The notes beneath the pieces were generated by a model. The model was given only the letters and a program-made list of their open reading frames with translations, was not told the origin of the DNA and made no database searches. Source: Octopus sinensis (lineage: Eukaryota). Taken from it: a DNA stretch of 16,112 nucleotides. The position numbers and the translations under genes are program-made. Numbering within the stretch: the stretch's first letter is position 1; each line of letters starts with the position of its first letter. Below, in pieces: positions 9,769-16,112 of this stretch. The stretch lies in contig NW_021825395.1 of assembly GCF_006345805.1 (NCBI RefSeq), positions 1-16,112 on the forward strand. Reading direction: 5' to 3'.

Positions 9769-9994
9769 AGATGTCTTTAAAATGAAACTGGATCTCTTCT
9801 TGTCAGGTATCCCAGATGAACCAACTTCACGGCAGGAGGGGAAGATGAGGGCAGCTGCATCGCATCGAACTCTCTCATGCACCAAATGGCAGTCGTTAAA
9901 AAGCATTGTGAAGTAAACCATGTAGCAACCTCAAATGGCGGTGCCCCAGCATGGCCACAGCTCGTGAGCTGAAACTAAAATCATTCATCAATCA
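9769..9994 (+). mobile_element. 3'-terminal fragment of a CR1-group LINE (same family as 13241-15390)
   Basis: Colinear with 15161-15390 (shared CCCAGATGAACCAACTTCACGGCAGGAGGGG and AAATGGCGGTGCCCCAGCATGGCCACAGCTC); ends in an ATCA-type tail. Confidence 0.9.
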
Positions 9995-10021
9995 CACACA
10001 CACACACACCCACACACCACA

Positions 10022-10101
<80 letters not shown>

Positions 10102-10194
10102 ATATATATATATATATATAAATTATATATATAATAAATATATATATATATATATATATAAATATATATATATATAAATATATATATAATAAAT

Positions 10195-10231
<37 letters not shown>

Positions 10232-10367
10232 ATAAATATTATATAAATATATATATAATAATATAAATATATATATATATATAAATTATATATATATATA
10301 TATAAAATATATTATATATATAAATATATATATATAATAAATATATATATATATATAAATATATATA

Positions 10368-10411
<44 letters not shown>

Positions 10412-10490
10412 TGTATATATATATATATATAAATGTATGTATATATATATATATTAATATATATAAATATATATTATATATATAAATATA

Positions 10491-10521
<31 letters not shown>

Positions 10522-10564
10522 CTATATATATAAATATATATATTATATATATATATAAATATAC

Positions 10565-10604
<40 letters not shown>

Positions 10605-10816
10605 ATATACATATATATATATATATATAATATATATATATAAAAATAAATATATAAATATATATATATAAATATATATATAAATATATATATATATAAA
10701 TATATATTATATAATAATATATATAAATAATATATAAATATATATATATAAATATATATAAATATATCTATAATATATATATAAATATTATATAATATAT
10801 TCATATAATATCAAAT

Positions 10817-10867
<51 letters not shown>

Positions 10868-10991
10868 TATATATATATAAATATATATATATATAAATAT
10901 ATATATATAATACATTATATATATAATATATATATAATATATATATATATAAATATATATATATATAATATATATTATATAATATATAATT
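9995..10991. repeat. Short (CA)n followed by a ~1-kb imperfect (TA)n microsatellite
   Basis: Direct inspection. Confidence 0.97.
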
Positions 10992-11023
10992 AACGAGAAA
11001 GAAGCAACAAGAATGGATTAGTT

Positions 11024-11111
11024 TTTTAGTACAATTGTTTCATACAAAACAGGCTTTATTAAAGTAGCAAAAATTGTAGCAGATAAAGTGTCCCGTACTC
11101 ATCAGCTAAAA
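11024..11111 (-). ncRNA. Type I hammerhead ribozyme of Penelope-like-element type (palindromic stem III)
   Basis: Minus strand: UUUUAG-CUGAUGA-GUAC...GUAU-GAAA-CAAUUG-UA^CUAAAA. Stem III is the palindrome ACAAUUGU. Predicted cut between 11030 and 11029. Confidence 0.88.
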
Positions 11112-11487
11112 TACATATGAGTTCTCCAAACATCTAAGTGGGTGAGGCTATACTCATGAAGTATTGGAGATAATTTCATTAAAAGCAGATTTAGGTTGTA
11201 AACAGATTTCCGAAGTTCCTTAATGATGATGCACAGTCTTATCACAGGTTTTTAAAAAAAGCTTATTAGCTTCACAGAGAAGGTGAATTAATCCGTAGTG
11301 TAGATGTAAATTTCCAGAGATATGAGGAGGAATTTCATACTCACAGACGATGAATTTATCCATGGTTAATCCGTAATGAGGTGGGTATCATTTCATGCTA
11401 TATGATAAGGTATTTGCCACATTTCTGTTCTTTTCACAAGACTGCTACGTTATGACTTCTAAAGGCTGAAGGAATTTTTTGTGGAGC

Positions 11488-11704
11488 AAAGAAAAGGAAA
11501 GAAAGGAAAGAGAAGAAAAGAGACAAGGAAAGGGAAAAAGAAAGAAAAAGGAAAAAGAAAAAAGAAAAAAGAAAAAGAAAAAAAAGAAAAAAGAAAAAGG
11601 GGAGAAGAAAAGAAAAAAGAAAAAAGAAAGAGGAAAAAAGAAAAAGAAAAAAGGGGAAAGAAAAAGAAAAAAGAAAAAAGGGAAAGAAGGGAGAAAAGAA
11701 AAAA
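11488..11704. repeat. Polypurine (AAAAG/AAAAAG)n low-complexity tract
   Basis: About 215 bp of almost pure A/G on the plus strand. Confidence 0.95.
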
Positions 11705-11964
11705 CGCCCACATAGAGTATACTGTGACAACTTTGAGGGAAGGGAGTTCTAAAGTGACATACTACACAGAAGAATTTGCAGACTGCCTGGCTGGCTTGAA
11801 TTTGCAAGAATCCAGGAACTATAAGGAGAATATTATTTTTGACCAGTAAAACAGCTATTTATTGCCAACCTGACGTAGTTGAAAGCAGATATGAATCTAA
11901 AGAGAATCTAAAGAGATAACAAGGTCAGGGGTAGAGGGGTCAAAGGCTATCGTCAAAAGGAAAT

Positions 11965-12767
11965 ACTCTTCCAGAGTATTTAGAGATTCTGTCCAGATTA
12001 TGAAGCAGTCGTCTAGGTATCTCTTCCATGCCTTTTCAATATACTTTCTAAATCCAGTGCCATAGTTTACCTCCACCTCTTGGTAGAGTTGTTGTTCTAA
12101 GTATCCCATTACAGAGTTGGCGTAAACGGGAGCAAACCTCGTTCCCATCGCCGTGCCTCTAATTTGGATGTAATTCTTTCCATTGAAGAAGAATGTGTTA
12201 TTTTCTAGAATAAGTTTGACTGTGTCTAATATAAATGGCACTGTGAATCTGCTGGGAATCACTTCTCTATGTTTTTCTAACCAGTATTTAATCGCCTTTA
12301 TTCCTAAATCGTGTGGAATATTGGTGTAGAGGCTTACCACATAAAAAACTTAGTAAAACTGAATTTGTTTCTGTTGTTTTGGGAACATGGGACAGGAAGT
12401 CGATGTCATCCCTGATGAAACTTGGTATATAAGTACATAGTGGTTTCAAAACAATGTCAATAAAATTGCTTAGACGGTGTGTAGGGCATGCTGGACCAGC
12501 TATAATAGGTCTAAGTTTTAGGTCTTTTGGATGTAATAATTTTATGTACTCACTTTCTTGTTCTTTTACTGCCTGTTGAATATTTTTTGATTTCTGTATT
12601 TTTGGTAAGCCGTAGAAGTTGCTGGGTTTTGGTTCGAAATTGCTGATGTAGTCTTTTTCATTATCCGTAAGTGAGTTGTGGTGTGTTGAGATCAGGTTGT
12701 TGATCTTTTTCATGATGTGGTGGTCTATATTTGCGGGTATTTCACAATAGAGGTTGTATCCTTCAGT
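11965..12767 (-). mobile_element. Penelope-like element reverse transcriptase fragment (probably Neptune-like), frameshifted and truncated at both ends
   Basis: ORFs 12288..12860 and 11897..12340 join into FYGLPKIQKS...LRPIIAG...SF/xVVSLYTNIP...GTAMGTRFAPVYAN...RYLDDCFIIW, which are Penelope RT motifs. Frameshift in an A6 run near 12345 at the first catalytic Asp. Similarity stops shortly after YLDD, and no GIY-YIG domain is recognisable. Confidence 0.9.
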
Positions 12768-12799
<32 letters not shown>

Positions 12800-12880
12800 T
12801 ATATATATAATATATAATATATATATATATAAATATATATATATATAAATATATATACATATATAAATATATATATATAT

Positions 12881-12918
<38 letters not shown>

Positions 12919-13029
12919 AATATATATAATATAAGTATATATATATATATATATATATATAAATATATATATATAAATATATATATATAAAAAAAATATA
13001 TATATATAAATATATATAATATAATAAAT

Positions 13030-13110
<81 letters not shown>

Positions 13111-13122
13111 TATATATATAAT

Positions 13123-13155
<33 letters not shown>

Positions 13156-13158
13156 AAT

Positions 13159-13191
<33 letters not shown>

Positions 13192-13240
13192 AATATATAT
13201 ATATATAAATATATATATATATAATATATATAAAATATAT
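12768..13240. repeat. Imperfect (TA)n microsatellite
   Basis: Direct inspection. Confidence 0.97.
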
Positions 13241-15390
13241 GTCTGTAATGCAAGCCATATGCTACAAATGTGTCCCAGAGAGAAAGGCCACTGTACACAA
13301 GAACAAAATCCCCAGAGAGAGGAAAATTTTAATGAGGCGGCGTACAAAAATTTCAAATTGCCTAAACAAACAAATTGAAAGCAGTGAAAAGTCCCGCCTG
13401 AAAATAAAACTGTTGGAAATTGAAAATTGTCTGCAACTCTCCCATGAGAAGGAAAGAGCAGACAAGAAGCCTGGGCTATAGACAACATAAAACTAACCCC
13501 AGAGCTTTCTACAGGTATGCCAAAGAAACAGCTACGGTGCACTGTAGGATAGGGCCACTCCTTGAAAAGGATGGCACACTCACAGGAAAACCAATGAGGG
13601 TAAGTGAAATACTGAATGAACAATTCAAGAGTGTTTTCACTCCACCCCTTGGGCATTTCCAAATCAGCAATCCAACTGACTTCTTTACCACTGCAGATAT
13701 AGAATCAGAGGCGGCGACGATAAATTACATCGATATAAAGGAAGACGATATAATCAAGGCTATAGATGAAATGAAAACAGACTCAGCTATTGGCCCCGAT
13801 GGATTCCCGGCAATCCTCCTAAAAGTATGTAAGAGAGTCTTAGCAAGACCACTGCAGTTCCTCTTTCAGAGCTTCCTTGCAGCTGGCAAACTTCCAGAAA
13901 ACTGAAGGAAGGTAAAATATGCCCCATTCATAAGGAGGTAGCAGAGCGGAGGCCAAGAACTACAGACCTATCTCTCTGACCTCACACATCAGCAAGGTCA
14001 TGGAACGAATAGTCAGAAGGAACTAATCACCTTCCTTGAAGAAAATAACTTGCTGCCTGAACCCAACATGGTTTCCGACCAGGAGAAGCTGCTTAACTCA
14101 GCTCCTGCAGCACTATGACTGGGTGCTGAAACAACTGCTCAACCACTCAAATGTGGAAGTCATATATCTCGACTTCGCAAAGGCCTTCGATAACGTCGAT
14201 CATGAAATGATATGTCACAAACTGCGTGACCTTGGCATAGTTGGAAAACTAGGAGAATGGCTTCACGACTTTCTGAAGAATAGAAGTCAGGTGGTAGTAG
14301 CCAATGGGGCCACTTCCATTAGCACTTCCATTTGGGACCACTACTGTTCATAATGGCCCTCTCAGACATACCCTCAGCCATGCGGAGAGCCACGATCACA
14401 AGTTATGCAGATGATACAAAAGTTTCACAGGCAATACAGAACCCTGAAGACACTGGGCACCTGCAATATGAGCTGGACGAAATATACAAGTGGGCTGAAA
14501 AGAATAGCATGCAGTTCAATGCTGAAAAGTTTCAAGCTTTATACTATCAGCATGCAAAACTGAATGCAATACCCAAGGAATACACTGGACCCGGAGGGAT
14601 TGCAATCCCAGAGGCACAATCAGTGCGTGACCTGGGTATTCACATGAGTGATGACGCGACTTTTCATGTACATGTTGCTAAACTGACAATGAAATGCAGA
14701 CGGCTGGCTGGATGGATTCTTAGAACCTTTAGAACAAGAGAACAAGAAACCATGATGGTCCTCTGGAAGCCACTTTGACTATTGCTCTCAGCTATGGTCA
14801 CCATCCAGTATCAAGTTGATCACAGAACTTGAGGCGATCCAACGAAGCTACACGAAGAAGATAGCCTCTATGCAGAATGTAAGCTACTAGGAAAGACTCA
14901 AGAGATTAAAATTATATTCCCTGGAGCGTAGCGGGAAAAGATATGCCATATATACATCTGGAAGATCCTGGAGGGAAGTTCCTGAACTTTGGCATCGAGA
15001 GTAACGCAAATGCCAGAACTGGGCGCCACTGCGTGGTGCCTAGGACTCCAAACTTGCCATCAAGATGTAGGACAAGATTCTGTGATAGCCTGGGCTTCCG
15101 AGGCCCACAGCTCTTCAATATCCTCCCGAAGAACCTGAGAGACCTGCATGGGGTGGATACAGATGTCTTTAAATGGAGCTGGATCGCTTCCTGTCAGATG
15201 TCCCAGATGAACCAACTTCACGGCAGGAGGGGCAGATGAGGGCAGCTGCATCGAACTCTCTCATACACCAAATAGCAGTTGCTAGAAGCCTCCATGAAGT
15301 GAAACCAAGTAGCAACACCAAATGGCGGTGCCCCAGCATGGCCACAGCTCATAAGCTGAAACTAGAATCAATCAATCATAAATCAATCAA
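13241..15390 (+). mobile_element. 5'-truncated, degenerate CR1-group LINE (RT pseudogene, no APE domain) with (AATC)n tail
   Basis: Frame-broken ORF pieces give ILNEQFKSVFT, GPDGFPAILLK, PIHKGG..KNYRPISLTS, QHGFR, YLDFAKAFD, GPLLF, YADDTK, RDLGI and LDYCSQLW. There are multiple frameshifts and stops. The tail AATCAATCAATC lies at 15366-15390. Clade assignment is by motif recall. Confidence 0.9.
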
Positions 15391-15636
15391 TATATATAAA
15401 TATATATATATATATATATTATATATAAATATGTATATATAAATATATATATATATATATAAATAAATATATATAGATATATAAATAAAAATATATATAT
15501 ATCTATATAAATATATATATATAAATATATATATATATAAATAAATATATATATTTAAATATTTATATATATATATATAAATAAATATATATATAGAGTA
15601 TATATATATATATATAAATAAATATATTTATTATAT
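15391..15636. repeat. Imperfect (TA)n microsatellite
   Basis: Direct inspection. Confidence 0.96.
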
Positions 15637-15642
15637 AGAAGG

Positions 15643-15693
15643 AGCTTCTACAGGACTAGAACTGTTTCATTCAAGAGAAATCTTCAGGAAGCT
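15643..15693 (-). ncRNA. Compact type I hammerhead ribozyme (probable Penelope pLTR / retrozyme remnant)
   Basis: Minus strand: AGCUUC-CUGAAGA-UUUC-UCUU-GAAU-GAAA-CAG-UUCUAGUC-CUG-UA^GAAGCU. The first stem II pair is a U-U mismatch. Predicted cut between 15649 and 15648. Confidence 0.82.
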
Positions 15694-15914
15694 AGTTAAC
15701 AAGAATTGTATTGGCATTTATACATTTAGGCAGGTTTAAAGGGGTGTTGGTGGGGGACTTTTTGGGGGTAGGCATAGCGCAAAATATCATACTTGGGGGA
15801 GTGGTCAAGGTCAGTGTTAAATTAGATAGAAGAATTAAATTAAAAAAAAAATAAAAATAAAAAAATATATAAAAAAAGGGATAGAGTTTAGGTAAATAAG
15901 GAGATTCTCACTTA

Positions 15915-16108
15915 TACCTATGCACATATGTATACATATATACACACACATACAAACATATATAATGTACATACACACATACGTACACCACACATATAAC
16001 ATATATATACACTTACACATACATATACATATCCACATACACATATATGTATACATACACCACACTCACATGCATACACGTATACACACATGTATATATA
16101 CACACACG
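15915..16108. repeat. Mixed (CA)n/(TA)n microsatellite
   Basis: Direct inspection. Confidence 0.93.
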
Positions 16109-16112
16109 ACCA

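Noticed and set aside
12735-12767. Partial hammerhead-like text CUGAAGG...UUGU-GAAA at the PLE fragment edge (minus strand)
   Set aside because: Core mismatch, no stem I or III, and it lies in RT-coding sequence.
10454-16103. I/Y-rich, F/S-rich, K/E/R-rich and C/V/Y-rich ORFs
   Set aside because: Translations of (TA)n, (AAAAG)n and (CA)n microsatellites, or antisense frames of the LINE.

Overview
Eukaryotic (metazoan) repeat-only window with no intact host gene; an invertebrate such as a mollusc/cephalopod is a guess from the repeat landscape. Positions 1-8708 are a head-to-tail array of about 17.6 copies of a ~490-bp monomer, followed by one inverted partial copy (8709-9138). Each complete monomer carries a type I hammerhead ribozyme on the minus strand: 8-bp stem I, CUGAAGA and GAAA core, GUA cleavage triplet, near-palindromic stem III and an unusually long stem II. 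The array therefore looks like a non-LTR retrozyme or ribozyme-satellite that could yield self-cleaved ~490-nt monomers or circRNAs. The right half consists of long (TA)n tracts separating decayed retroelements: a Penelope-like RT fragment (minus strand), two further sequence-unrelated hammerheads (11024-11111 and 15643-15693, both minus strand), a 5'-truncated CR1-group LINE (13241-15390) and a short 3' fragment of the same LINE family (9769-9994). Frequent single-base indels suggest noisy long-read sequence, so private variants should be treated cautiously. All structures were paired by eye.
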